From contig CP064968.1 in NCBI GenBank assembly GCA_016699245.1, positions 512,317-576,316 of the forward strand: DNA of 64,000 nucleotides, in the 5' to 3' direction. Below the pieces are notes generated by a model. That model saw only the letters and a list, made by a program, of their open reading frames with translations. It did no database searches and had not been told where the DNA came from. Shown here in pieces: positions 18,322 to 28,109 of the stretch. The stretch comes from Candidatus Kaiserbacteria bacterium (lineage in GTDB: Bacteria > Patescibacteriota > Minisyncoccia > Phycocordibacterales > UBA918). A program made the translations under genes and the position numbers. Position 1 is the first letter of the stretch. Each line of letters begins with the position of its first letter.

Positions 18322-20811
18322 TTACTGTACTGTTGTAGACGCTACATTTTCCACATTTGGTTGTGTATTGACCGGTTTTACCAAATCAGTTTCACTGGTC
18401 TGATTGGTACTCACGACGCCATTTTCATCGGTTACCGGTGTTGCCTCATTTACTATTTTTGTAGACTGATTGGCGCTTTCTCGGAGTCGTGCTAACGACC
18501 CTTCTGTTTGTATAGTTTGCAAAAGTATAGTAACTTCTTCATTTCCTGGATTGAGTCGCAACACTGCTTCGAACTGCTGTTTTGCCTCGCCACTACGTCC
18601 TTTTTGATCATAGGCAAGAGCGAGTAGATATCGTGCATTTGCAAAATTTTCATCGAGTGAAATAGCTTTTTCAAAAGATGCTATTGCTCCATCAATGTTA
18701 TCACGTGAACTTTCGAGTACACCAAGTTGGTAATACCGTGCAGGGTTATTCGGCTCGAGTGTAATTACTGACTGTGATGATTTGATTGCAGCCTCAACAT
18801 TTCCTGTAGCTATCTCTAACTGTGAAAGAAGGAAAAATGCTTCAGTATAATTTGGTTTTAAGTTAATCGCTTGCTGAATGTATTCACGAGCAATGTCAAC
18901 ATTTCCTGACCGCGCCTCCAAAAGAGCAGATTCGAGGTACGGGAGTGGGCTCTTTGGATTAAGTTCTCGGGATTTTGCAAGTGCATCAAGCGCACGCTGT
19001 TGTGCGCCCTCCACGGGTACCAATGCCAAAATACTATATATATTCGCAAGTACAGACCAGTTTGACGGTTCCTGACCATCAATGGATACCGCTTGATTCG
19101 CAGCATTAATGCCGAGAATACCTGCATTGTTGAATTGTTCAATTTGAACTTCTGTAGGTTCTTTAGTTGCCATGAGTGCATTCATACGCGCAATCTGAAA
19201 TTCAGCAATACGACGAGCAAACACATCGCTTGATGAGAGTTTGTATGCACTTTCGACACGATCTTCGAGTTCATCAATACTCTTCCCCTGCTGCATTGAA
19301 ATGACACTTTCCATAAAGGTATACACCGATGAGTAATGACGTCCTGTTACATACAAAACACTCACGGAGCCAATAATGACGGTAATCACCACAAGTGTGA
19401 GCACAAAGCCCGAGCGTCGATTTGCACCTACAAAGAATATTCGCGGTGAAATACCATCCAATACTGAAAATGCAGAAAGTGAGACGCCTGTGCAGAGCGC
19501 TCCCAAGAGGAGGATTACCGCGCCTGGTACATAGACTATGGACATTCCCCAAATATAGATTGCGCTTACAAAAGAAGATAGACCGATAAAGTACCACATG
19601 CGGTCACTATCCTCAGTAGCACCAAGAAGTTTTCGAATACCTGTAATAAGATATAGAACTATAAACAGCAACCAAGCGAGTCCTCCAAAAACACCTGTTG
19701 TCACAAAGAATGTTGTAATATAACCATTTCCTGCATTGAAATCAGTATTCCAAAACGGAGTCGAATTTATACTATTATCCTTGTACAAACGCCATGCATC
19801 AGTAAACTTATTGGCACCGATACCAAGAAATGCATTATCTTTGTATACCTGACGTGCTATATCTGCAGTCGCTTCAAGCGAAGGTCGCACCTCCACATAC
19901 GAAACACCCGTGAACTTTGAAATAGCGCCTCCAAGTGTTGCGCCACCGACTACAAAGAGTGCGGATACGGCAAATACAATGAGCGAAGTCGTGAGTGACG
20001 TGCTGTTGAAATTTGATATTGAAGGAGTGAACGAAAGTTGATTTCCACTGAATCTTTCCTTTCCGATTGAGTACACAACCATGACGAGACTGGTGAGGCC
20101 AAGAATAAGCCATACCATGAAAAAATTAATTACTCCAAGCATGAAGAGTGATATGAGTGTGACACTCGCAAAGAGAAGACGACCTATCTTTGTGAGTGCA
20201 ATTTGTTCAAGTGCTACGAGAGACAGAATAACCGTCAAACCGAGGAAGAGCGCAAGGTCATTCCAGCTTCCTACCGGTGTCGATGTGGTGCTTGTAAAGA
20301 TACTGAACGAAAGAAATTCTTGACCGAATTTGAGACGAAATAGATGGTATACGACTAAGATGGTTGTACTTAACGCAAGAAGCACATACATACGCATGAC
20401 TGGAGCTTTGCTTGATTTCAACAATAACCACACGGTTGGAATAAGTGCGAGTATAGCGACAAATGCTGTAGAGTGAATACTAAATAAATCACCTACCAAA
20501 GAATCTCTGAAATCCCCTGAAAGAAACGATGACAAAAATGTGATACCCACAATACCCCAAAGCGCAAGAAGTGGATATGACACACCAACTGAAAATACAC
20601 CCGAACGAAGTACCGAGAGACTATACAGTACAAGTGCAATGAGTAGCCCCCCAATCACTATAAATACTTTTGTGTACTCGAACGGCACAGCCGCGGAAGG
20701 AATAAAAAGGAGAGGTAATAGACCAAAGATTATGACAAGAATATTTTGTGCATATCCGCAAAGCGCACTCGCAATAGGATCATTTTGTGGTAGTTTTTCA
20801 TCAGGCAGCAT
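18322..20811 (-). CDS. O-antigen ligase (Wzy_C)-like polytopic membrane protein with a C-terminal TPR-repeat domain
   Basis: ~500-aa polytopic membrane region with a long external loop, followed by ~6 TPR-like repeats (ALDALAKSRELNPKSPLPYLESALLEARSGNVDIAREYIQQAINLKPNYTEAFFLL...AKQQFEAVLRLNPGN). Confidence 0.55.
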   Translation of the reverse strand: MLPDEKLPQNDPIASALCGYAQNILVIIFGLLPLLFIPSAAVPFEYTKVFIVIGGLLIALVLYSLSVLRSGVFSVGVSYPLLALWGIVGITFLSSFLSGDFRDSLVGDLFSIHSTAFVAILALIPTVWLLLKSSKAPVMRMYVLLALSTTILVVYHLFRLKFGQEFLSFSIFTSTTSTPVGSWNDLALFLGLTVILSLVALEQIALTKIGRLLFASVTLISLFMLGVINFFMVWLILGLTSLVMVVYSIGKERFSGNQLSFTPSISNFNSTSLTTSLIVFAVSALFVVGGATLGGAISKFTGVSYVEVRPSLEATADIARQVYKDNAFLGIGANKFTDAWRLYKDNSINSTPFWNTDFNAGNGYITTFFVTTGVFGGLAWLLFIVLYLITGIRKLLGATEDSDRMWYFIGLSSFVSAIYIWGMSIVYVPGAVILLLGALCTGVSLSAFSVLDGISPRIFFVGANRRSGFVLTLVVITVIIGSVSVLYVTGRHYSSVYTFMESVISMQQGKSIDELEDRVESAYKLSSSDVFARRIAEFQIARMNALMATKEPTEVQIEQFNNAGILGINAANQAVSIDGQEPSNWSVLANIYSILALVPVEGAQQRALDALAKSRELNPKSPLPYLESALLEARSGNVDIAREYIQQAINLKPNYTEAFFLLSQLEIATGNVEAAIKSSQSVITLEPNNPARYYQLGVLESSRDNIDGAIASFEKAISLDENFANARYLLALAYDQKGRSGEAKQQFEAVLRLNPGNEEVTILLQTIQTEGSLARLRESANQSTKIVNEATPVTDENGVVSTNQTSETDLVKPVNTQPNVENVASTTVQ

Positions 20812-20884
20812 AAGTAATAGTTGTAATTAATACGTATCTTTTATTAAACTTCTCCAAAGTATACTTAATATACTATCACACACA

Positions 20885-21250
20885 AAAGCGCCCACATAAT
20901 GGGCACTTGTGTGTACGTTTATAAGCCGAATTCTGTCTGGAAAACCAGTGTGATCATTTACCTAGGCGCATTGTTGCCAATGCGCTCATGCGGCACTCCC
21001 TGGTGAAATGTGCAGAGCACTCTAAGTAGCAAACTACTCTATTTCACTGGGCACGGCCTTGCACACAAGTACGTATTTAGCCGTTTCATCCGAACTAAAT
21101 CGGTTCGTCACTGTTCGCAACGCTATGGTTACCCACGACGGGCGTTACCCGCTACTCTTCCAGGCTTTATCCTGGTGTGTGTTCGGACTTTCCTCCCCTC
21201 GTGCTTTTGGCGAAGGGCGATCACAAACGCATACAAACTATACAACATTT
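20885..21250 (-). ncRNA. rnpB: RNase P RNA (bacterial type)
   Basis: Minus-strand reading contains GAGGAAAGTCCGAACACA (P4, consensus GAGGAAAGUCCGGGCUCC), GGTAACGCCCG (consensus GGUAACGCC), and the 3' ACAGAATTCGGCTTATAA (consensus ACAGAACCCGGCUUAU), then a terminal hairpin. Ends are approximate. Confidence 0.75.
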
Positions 21251-21253
21251 TCA

Positions 21254-21730
21254 CTAATACTCAAGAGGGATACGTACCTTCTGCCCGACATGGATACCTA
21301 TGAGCTCCGGGTACTGCGTTTCAGTTTCAAGTACGTATTTTGCTGGTCTATTTGGACGGAATACACGGGGATAGGTGTTGGGAGATACATTTTTTTCAAT
21401 ACCAATCACCGTTAGGTCTTCGTCAATCCACACAATATCAATAGAAAACTTCATATCCTTCATCCAAATACCAATATAGTCTTCTTCAGGAAAAATAAAG
21501 AACATACCCTTGTATCGATCATCGATTTTTTCTCGTCCAGAAAGTCCTTGCGCACGCTCAATTTCAGAGTCTACTATTTCCACACGTACGGGTAAATCTC
21601 CAAAATGTACCACTGGTGTTTCTGCAAAAAAGAATTCACGCATCGTTACAGTCTCGCCATCAAGATACAAGTACAACCCCCCGAGAGGTATGAGTATTAA
21701 AATAATTAAAACTTGGATTCTATTTCTCAT
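21254..21730 (-). CDS. DUF192 (COG1430)-like protein
   Basis: N-terminal TM, then the DUF192-like core (AQGLSGREKIDDRYKGMFFIFPEEDYIGIWMKDMKFSIDIVWIDEDLTVIGIEKNV). Confidence 0.6.
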   Translation of the reverse strand: MRNRIQVLIILILIPLGGLYLYLDGETVTMREFFFAETPVVHFGDLPVRVEIVDSEIERAQGLSGREKIDDRYKGMFFIFPEEDYIGIWMKDMKFSIDIVWIDEDLTVIGIEKNVSPNTYPRVFRPNRPAKYVLETETQYPELIGIHVGQKVRIPLEY

Positions 21731-21739
21731 ATTACATAA

Positions 21740-22147
21740 CTACCACGGCCAATACATAATGACTCCCACCCCTCCAAAAAACGTGATGACAATAAATACC
21801 CCGTGTACAGCCATATACCTCCATGAGCGAAATTCACGATGGGCTAATAGTATGAGTGATCCAATTAAAAGTAAGCAGATGAGCCCAGCACCTTGGAAAA
21901 AAGTCTGATTATCATCCATTATGTTCATCACCTGCACAGCGCATGCAAAGAAGAATGCATATACCACGACAGAGTAAGCAGTGGCACGAACCATGTGGAG
22001 CGTAGAAATATCCTCGGTGTACTCTGTGTGACCGATAGACTTTTTCCATACAGAGCCAAACAACAGTGGCGAGTACCAGATACTTTCCACTGCAACAGCA
22101 AGAATTGCTGCGACAAGTACTGCAATCTCATTGATAGATGAAAACAT
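21740..22147 (-). CDS. Small 4-TM membrane protein (DUF1761-like)
   Basis: 135 aa, four hydrophobic helices, WYSPLLFGSVWKKSIG motif reminiscent of DUF1761. Confidence 0.4.
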   Translation of the reverse strand: MFSSINEIAVLVAAILAVAVESIWYSPLLFGSVWKKSIGHTEYTEDISTLHMVRATAYSVVVYAFFFACAVQVMNIMDDNQTFFQGAGLICLLLIGSLILLAHREFRSWRYMAVHGVFIVITFFGGVGVIMYWPW

Positions 22148-22161
22148 ACACCTTTAGTATA

Positions 22162-22860
22162 TCACTTCTGTACTTTAGGTCGGCGTTTATACCACCACAC
22201 TCCTCCTATACCTCCCATAATGATACCGAGGGGGATGTATACGTATGGTGACAAAACCATAAAAAAGGCGCTTCGCTCATTGAAACGTTGTACATCAATA
22301 AGTCTTCCCAAAAGGCTGAAGTAACCCAAAGTCATGTCATCACGCTTCCCCACCATAAGGACATATTTTTCTGCATTATCGGGCGTGTGCACCTCAATGC
22401 GATACACTCCGGGTTCCAACTCTTTTTCAAAAGTCGCTCCCTCGCGGTATGAGTTTCCCGTGAGGGTGTCATGCACGGTTTCCCATGCGGCGTCCGCAGC
22501 GTGCATGCGGGTTATTTCAGAGACACCACGTTTTTCCTCTTTAATAATAATCCCCGAAACGGTATTGGTATTAGACGGCAAGTCTGGTGTACGAATGTTG
22601 GCGTAGAGAGTAAAGGGTTCAGAAGCATGGATTTCATACGTCTGTGGAAAACTATCGAGTGTGCCGAAAAATCCTTGTGCCAAAGTGGGGTCGGCAATCT
22701 GTGTAATGTCGTTCAATGACTCTTGCTCTACGAGAACAGGCACATACGCGAGTGCCTGCGGAGCAAAAAACATGTACAACACTAAAAACAAACCTAATCT
22801 CATTGTGAATATCATACCGTATTTACTCTGGTGTGGTATAGGCATTATTAAACATCTCAA
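22162..22860 (-). CDS. Hypothetical secreted protein with a C-terminal TM anchor
   Basis: Probable signal peptide (MRLGLFLVLYMFFAPQALA), ~190-aa ectodomain, C-terminal TM (IPLGIIMGGIGGVWWYKRRPK). True start probably the internal Met near 22804. Confidence 0.45.
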   Translation of the reverse strand: MRCLIMPIPHQSKYGMIFTMRLGLFLVLYMFFAPQALAYVPVLVEQESLNDITQIADPTLAQGFFGTLDSFPQTYEIHASEPFTLYANIRTPDLPSNTNTVSGIIIKEEKRGVSEITRMHAADAAWETVHDTLTGNSYREGATFEKELEPGVYRIEVHTPDNAEKYVLMVGKRDDMTLGYFSLLGRLIDVQRFNERSAFFMVLSPYVYIPLGIIMGGIGGVWWYKRRPKVQK

Positions 22861-23389
22861 AATAATCTGAGAACGTTATAAACAGTGGCTCATTTTCCAA
22901 ATCCTGCACACAGGTATCAAAGGCATATTGTTTGGCGTAATAGGTAATATTGTAGCGATAGCCCGTGCCATCATATTCCACAGGACACGCACCCGTGAAC
23001 GTAGTTTCTAAAAGGGATTCGAGATTAGTACTTTTGAGTGTTTTAAAAAGTGCAGTCTTTTCTCCCGTACTCAGTGTGTCGGCAAAGCGTGTCTCTCCGT
23101 CCTCACGGCTACGCACAATGTATTCATACGTACCATCATCAGAAATGCGGTACGACGCACACCCATCCCCGCGCGCGCAACCACCATACCGATATGCGGT
23201 CACTGAAAGAGCCGATGTTTCCTCAAGCACCACTTCCTCACCATCCCCTCCATTCCCATTATTCCCCGTGTTATTAAAAAGAAAAAGTATTGCCCCTGTC
23301 ACAAACCCAAAAACAAAGGTAGACAAGAGAATCACATACACATGCTTGGTCATAATCCTACTACGATACCCCCTTTCGATTTTTCCCAC
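22823..23389 (-). CDS. Hypothetical membrane-anchored protein
   Basis: N-terminal TM (HVYVILLSTFVFGFVTGAILFLF) followed by a Gly/Asn linker and a Cys-containing ectodomain. No recognisable family. Confidence 0.4.
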   Translation of the reverse strand: MGKIERGYRSRIMTKHVYVILLSTFVFGFVTGAILFLFNNTGNNGNGGDGEEVVLEETSALSVTAYRYGGCARGDGCASYRISDDGTYEYIVRSREDGETRFADTLSTGEKTALFKTLKSTNLESLLETTFTGACPVEYDGTGYRYNITYYAKQYAFDTCVQDLENEPLFITFSDYFEMFNNAYTTPE

Positions 23390-23428
23390 AAATGAGTTAC
23401 ACTATATGCCCCAGAGAAAAATACATAC

Positions 23429-23513
23429 GGAGGCGTCGCATAGTGGTCTAGTGCGCTCGCTTGGAAAGCGAGTAAGGTGAAAGCCTTCGAGGGTTCAAAT
23501 CCCTCCGCCTCCG
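23429..23513 (+). tRNA. tRNA-Ser (anticodon GGA), class II with long variable arm
   Basis: GGAGGCG-TC-GCA-TAGTGGTCTAG-TGC-G-CTCGC-TTGGAAA-GCGAG-[TAAGGTGAAAGCCTTC long variable arm]-GAGGG-TTCAAAT-CCCTC-CGCCTCC-G. Anticodon loop is ttGGAaa. Confidence 0.85.
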
Positions 23514-23822
23514 CTTGAGCTTCGCGAAAGCGGAGGCGGAGCACATGCTGGGAGCATGTGCGAAGGGATTTGAAGCCATTCAGAGATAATTTTGGAGCCG
23601 CAGGCGAACAAAAATATCCAGAATGGGTACTGAACATGTAATGTTCAAATCCCTCCGCCTCCGCAACGAACGAAGTGAGTGGAGGAGGTGGACAGTCTGG
23701 GAGACTGTCCAAGGATTTGAAGAGGTTGTCGATAGTTTCTGAAAGAAAATATCATACAACCTGAACAGAATCTGTGCCGCGTTCCAGTGAACGAAAAGAT
23801 TCAAATCCTCTCGCCTCCGCAC
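23514..23822 (+). repeat. Two tandem structured units downstream of tRNA-Ser, each re-using the tRNA 3' end and its reverse complement
   Basis: GTTCAAATCCCTCCGCCTCCGC (tRNA T-arm plus acceptor 3' strand) at 23492-23513 is repeated at 23643-23664 and, degenerate, at 23798-23820. Each is followed by its complement (gcggaggcggag / ggaggaggtgg), a GGGA-tetraloop hairpin (cacatgct-ggga-gcatgtg; ggacagtct-ggga-gactgtcc), and the T-loop complement (gggatttgaag). Confidence 0.5.
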
Positions 23823-23827
23823 ACAGC

Positions 23828-25273
23828 CTACTCGTCTACGGTGGGTATTTCTTCAAGTCCTGTATCTTCGATAATTTCCTCGGGGACTTCAGGTACAATC
23901 TGGGCAATCGGATCTTCAACATCCTCTGCAACTTCTTCTTCTAATGGCACCTCTTGAACTACTTCATCGGTAGTCACAGGAGGTATGGGCAACATCATGA
24001 GCGGTTCCACGGAGGGCAGCGCTCGAGGCAACGCTATAGGAGTAGGTGCGGTAAAGGTGAGCGATATCTTTTCACTATCATCATACCCCACACCAGTTGG
24101 ACCGGTGGCGTCCCACGCGGTGTATTCAATATCAATCACACATACCTCCCCCTCCCCAAAAGGACCGTAATTGACAGGTAGTGAAAGCGACAGGGTCCAC
24201 GGTTCATCAAATACGACATCTGAGGCACTGAGATTGACGAGTGACCCTTGATACATAAGCGGTGCACCAGCATCAACGAGTATCGACTGACAAAATAACG
24301 TATTATCACCTACAACATTCGTGTGCACACGGTACTTGATATCAGTACTTCCCTCCGCGGGTGTGACCACCGCGATAAGCGCGCCGTCTGCATCGTCAAG
24401 CTCACTTCCAATAAAGCTATATGCAGTGTCATTAACCGACAGTGTGAAATCAAGCGCTTGTGCCTGAAGTGTATTCTGCACAGAAGATTCTGAGTCGCCA
24501 AAATATGAAACCGTTGAACCTACAAACCCGAGACCGACAATACAAACGCTCGCAACCACAGAAAACGCCCCAATCGCAACGTCACCAAAAGACACAGAAT
24601 GACGCTTGGTATTTCGCACAACACTCATGGGGAGATGTCTTGCCTTGGTAACTGGCTGATACGACACTATTGGTCTTCCAATTTCTATCATACGTACTCT
24701 TTGTCGTGTGTCTGGCGGTAAATCCACACGCACGTCATGCACAACGACGCTTCCCGTATCATCTCCTTTGTCTTTTTTATTTTTTCGTATTTCTCGCCAA
24801 ATTTTCTCAATTTCACCAAAAATAATCATGAGTGCAGGTAGCACAATCAAGAAACCAAAGCCCATCGGTTGCCGTGCGAAGTCAAGAATGAATCCCACAT
24901 AGGGAACTGCAACAACCACCTCTCCCAGTATGGCGCTTAAAGGAATTTGTTCTGTATCCGCCTCTTCATTAGCATCGCCTTTGGTTGTAAACCAGGTTGT
25001 CCCATTACGTTCTTCACTACTCACAATTCTGTGTGTTGTTGGAATTTCTGCTGATGGACTTTTAAAGGTAATAACATCGTTAGTTTCATACTTTCCCGTT
25101 GGACCTATAACAACGACTGAGCCCGTAAGGATTGCAGGTTCCATTGACCCTGACTCAACAATCTTGATTTCAATTTTGGTATCGAGTGGTGAAAGTGGCG
25201 CCAAAAAGAGTCCCGCAACACCAATGAGCAGTACCGTGAAGAAACTATAGAAAATGGTGATGAAAATTTTCAT
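23828..25273 (-). CDS. sipW: SipW-type signal peptidase I (S26B) fused in one ORF to a TasA/camelysin-like domain that carries its own SipW-cognate signal
   Basis: N-terminal ~200 aa: TM, catalytic ESGSMEP, TTKGDANEEAD, second TM, as in SipW. From the internal Met at 24626-24628: n-region MSVVRNTKRHS, an h-region, then STVSYFGDSESSVQNTLQAQALDFTLS, which matches the SipW-cognate signal motif (GTxAxFSDxExSxxNxFxAGxLDL). Acidic C-terminal tail. Confidence 0.65.
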   Translation of the reverse strand: MKIFITIFYSFFTVLLIGVAGLFLAPLSPLDTKIEIKIVESGSMEPAILTGSVVVIGPTGKYETNDVITFKSPSAEIPTTHRIVSSEERNGTTWFTTKGDANEEADTEQIPLSAILGEVVVAVPYVGFILDFARQPMGFGFLIVLPALMIIFGEIEKIWREIRKNKKDKGDDTGSVVVHDVRVDLPPDTRQRVRMIEIGRPIVSYQPVTKARHLPMSVVRNTKRHSVSFGDVAIGAFSVVASVCIVGLGFVGSTVSYFGDSESSVQNTLQAQALDFTLSVNDTAYSFIGSELDDADGALIAVVTPAEGSTDIKYRVHTNVVGDNTLFCQSILVDAGAPLMYQGSLVNLSASDVVFDEPWTLSLSLPVNYGPFGEGEVCVIDIEYTAWDATGPTGVGYDDSEKISLTFTAPTPIALPRALPSVEPLMMLPIPPVTTDEVVQEVPLEEEVAEDVEDPIAQIVPEVPEEIIEDTGLEEIPTVDE

Positions 25274-25274
25274 A

Positions 25275-26501
25275 TTATCGTCGCGAAGGTCGGATCACAG
25301 GTGATGAGACGCCACTTGTTACGGGACTTACCACACTCGGTGTTTGTAGTACCGTAGGTTGCACTCCGGGTGTCGGACTTGCGGGTGTTTTGGTTTTCTT
25401 TGCGGGACGGTACTGGTTATCCACCTGGCAATAGAGGGTGCCGTCGTCGATATTCTTATTATCAATGACGATAGTTGTAGAGAACGTACTTCCCTTCTTG
25501 CATTCTCCATACCATCCTGGTCGCCAGTCACCCGCCACAAAGCCCACAGGCCCAACCTCAGTTATTGAATATGTCCCCAGAGGCAACTGTATTGTCCCAT
25601 TTGCTGAATCTACCGTGTAGGGAGTGAGTGTCACTGTTTGATTGATGCCTGCACCAACAACTTGGAATGTGAACTGCTGTGGCAAATACCCTTCTGGTAC
25701 GGGGCCACTGAATTTCTTTTCGAGGTTAAGCGTTACCGTAGGACCCACAGGTGGTGGAGGGACTGAACCATCGCATTGGTACTTTGGATAATCATCCGCA
25801 GTCACGCTACGAAGCGCAAGATCAACGGAAAAAGAATCCGTTTGTGCCCAATTGCCGAGGGCAGAGCCATCACACGTGACCTCGGCGGTTGCGGTATTAA
25901 CCGTTTGGTCACCCGCACACCACTCAATAGCAACATACTTGGTCACGTTCGCAGGAAAATAATTACCCGTAGTCGCGTCAGCGAGAATATATTTCTTGAG
26001 CACAGCAAAACCTGATTGCTCTGTAGTGGTGCCAAAGAGTGTCTTCTCCCCCACTTCATACGTATTATCACCATCGTCAAACCAACCGAAAAACTCTATT
26101 CCTTTCGAGAGTTCCCCTCCGAGTACGCCATCCACATCGAGGAGTGACTCTGGTTCATTATTTCCATTATCGTGGTCAACCAAGTTCGTAAAATCCATAC
26201 AGCCCCATGCATTTTTATCGACATGAAAACTGATGGTATTGATACCGCTATCCCCTGGCTTTATATCAGTGAAGTTAAAGAATTTATCAACACTGGGTAC
26301 GAGATTTTTTAATGCCCAGGTTTGTGATGGTTGCACGACACCATTATAGATTGCATAACTGTCTATCTTTAAATTGAGACCACCCGTAGCAAAGGTTGTA
26401 CCAATAAATCCCTTACTAAACATCATCACAAAAGCAAGGAATACCACTACCCCCACAATGAGGGCAATGCGTATTCCTGTTTTTGTATATGTGCGATTCA
26501 T
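25275..26501 (-). CDS. TasA/camelysin-like (SipW-cognate signal) secreted protein, paralog 1
   Basis: N-terminal TM then FSKGFIGTTFATGGLNLKIDS (variant SipW-cognate motif). Shares KFFNFTDIKPGDSGINTISFHVD and WCAGDQT...TCDGSALGN blocks with the other paralogs. Divergent Pro-rich C-terminus. Confidence 0.6.
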   Translation of the reverse strand: MNRTYTKTGIRIALIVGVVVFLAFVMMFSKGFIGTTFATGGLNLKIDSYAIYNGVVQPSQTWALKNLVPSVDKFFNFTDIKPGDSGINTISFHVDKNAWGCMDFTNLVDHDNGNNEPESLLDVDGVLGGELSKGIEFFGWFDDGDNTYEVGEKTLFGTTTEQSGFAVLKKYILADATTGNYFPANVTKYVAIEWCAGDQTVNTATAEVTCDGSALGNWAQTDSFSVDLALRSVTADDYPKYQCDGSVPPPPVGPTVTLNLEKKFSGPVPEGYLPQQFTFQVVGAGINQTVTLTPYTVDSANGTIQLPLGTYSITEVGPVGFVAGDWRPGWYGECKKGSTFSTTIVIDNKNIDDGTLYCQVDNQYRPAKKTKTPASPTPGVQPTVLQTPSVVSPVTSGVSSPVIRPSRR

Positions 26502-26602
26502 TTTTTTAGGTACTTATCGCTTCTTCTTTGGGCTATGGTGCTATGGGTTGCGTTCTATGGTTGAGTACTGAGGATGCGTCGAGGCATACGTATTCACCAA
26601 TA

Positions 26603-28017
26603 TTACTGACAGATAGGGCTGTAGAGTTTGATGTCGTCTATGAAACTGCCTTGTGAATTTGCGGTGCCAAGGTCGGTGAACTGAAGTCGAGTCACATTCG
26701 AAGTTGCAACAACATTCACCGTGATAACCTGCCATTCGATACCATCATTATTGTCTGCTACATTGCCGGTGTCGTGCACGACTGCTCCTCCCCACTTCAC
26801 CTCAACACGGTTTTCTGCCGATCCTGTGTTCGGACGCGCTGCAAAGGCAAACTTGATGCGGTACGGCCTTCCTATGACCGTTGGAATGTCTTGGTACATC
26901 GTGATGGATGCTGGCTCACCGGTACCACTGTCGCTTGGTCCTCCCCAGTCGCTGTCGAGCTCAGAATACTGGTCACCTTCATACGCACTGCCGAGTACGT
27001 TTTCATGTAACTCAAGTTTTGCAAGTGCGGGACGATTCTGGTTTCCAAATGTCGGGAGAACATCTCCACGCCATTCGATAGTCCAGCCATCGACAGGAGT
27101 CTGAAACACGTCCCATTTCTTTCCATTCGTCACCTCAGGAACTTCGAAACTGTAGTTCTCAAGAATATTTTCTGGTTGCTCTACAATGGTGCAGTTTTTG
27201 GTACACTCAAAGTTTGCATTATGCCTTGCCTGCACTGCTTCAAATACAATGTCGGCAGTGAGTGAGTCGGTCTGACTTTCATTACCGAGGGCAGTACCAT
27301 CGCAAGTATATCCACCGTCTTCGGGCTCGCCGATTGCCGATGTTCCACCGTTATTGTCTGCGGGAGAACTGTAATTACCTGTGGTAGTGGCGCAGGCACA
27401 ATCGTTCCAAAGCACCATGCTTTACCGATGTGTTTTGTTGTATTACCCGGAATAGGTCCTGCCTGATTTGTCCAGATGTTTTTCACGCTGTCGGCAAAGG
27501 TGAGTGCGTATGAATTGCCAACACCAAGTTGGCCAAAGTTGCCCGTATTGATAACGCTCTCACCCACCTCAAGCACGTTATCGCCATCATCAGCCCACCA
27601 GATGAAGTTGACGAGGCCGGCAAGTTCACCTTCGGTTGCACCAGTCGTTAGGTCGACGAGTGCCTCTGGCTCTGTCTGAGCATTCTCATTGTTTGAGGTG
27701 AGTGTGACATTCGCGCAGAGATATGCGTCATTCGTATCAACGTGAAGTGAGATAGTATCCTCTCCGTAGTCATCAGGCTTGAGGTCAAAAAAATTGAAAA
27801 ACTTCTCAATGGTGAGGTTGGTTGCATCCCATGAGGTAGTGCTTGTCGCAACGCCGTTGTAGTAACTTTCGTTGTCTACTTTGAGATCAATTGCCCCTGC
27901 GGTAAACACGTTTGCTACTGAGGTTTCGGTATCACTAAAGAACGCACTCGTTGCTCCGAACACCAGTCCGCCCGTTACCACCCCTATGAGTGCAAGACTG
28001 AGAATAATACGCTGCAT
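26603..28017 (-). pseudogene. TasA/camelysin-like paralog 2, disrupted by a frameshift near 27400-27420
   Basis: ORF 27181-28017 has the canonical N-terminus (GGLVFGATSAFFSDTETSVANVFTAGAIDLKVD...KFFNFFDLKPDD...KHIGKAWC) then runs into out-of-frame sequence. ORF 26603-27418 continues the family-conserved part (TCDGTALGNESQTDSLTADIVFEAVQARHNANFECT) in another frame. Confidence 0.55.
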
Positions 28018-28045
28018 AGTTTGATATATAAATAATTTATTAAAA

Positions 28046-28100
28046 TATGCTGGTTCCCGTCAGCCCGCTAAATCCCAGCCAAGCTGAGATTTAGTACGGC
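28046..28100. promoter_or_regulatory. Conserved structured intergenic motif between TasA-like paralogs (copy 1)
   Basis: tcagcccgctaaatcccagccaagctgagatttagtacggctag. It is ~90% identical to 29403-29450 and contains nested inverted repeats (cagc-cgaa-gctg; gctaaa/tttag). It lies ~60 nt upstream of the next paralog's start codon and downstream of the previous stop. Confidence 0.4.
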
Positions 28101-28109
28101 TAGTGAGGA

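Noticed and set aside
22334-22870. Plus-strand ORFs (22334-22606, 22471-22719, 22661-22870) opposite the 22162-22860 gene
   Set aside because: Shadow ORFs antisense to a longer ORF with a signal peptide and a C-terminal TM.
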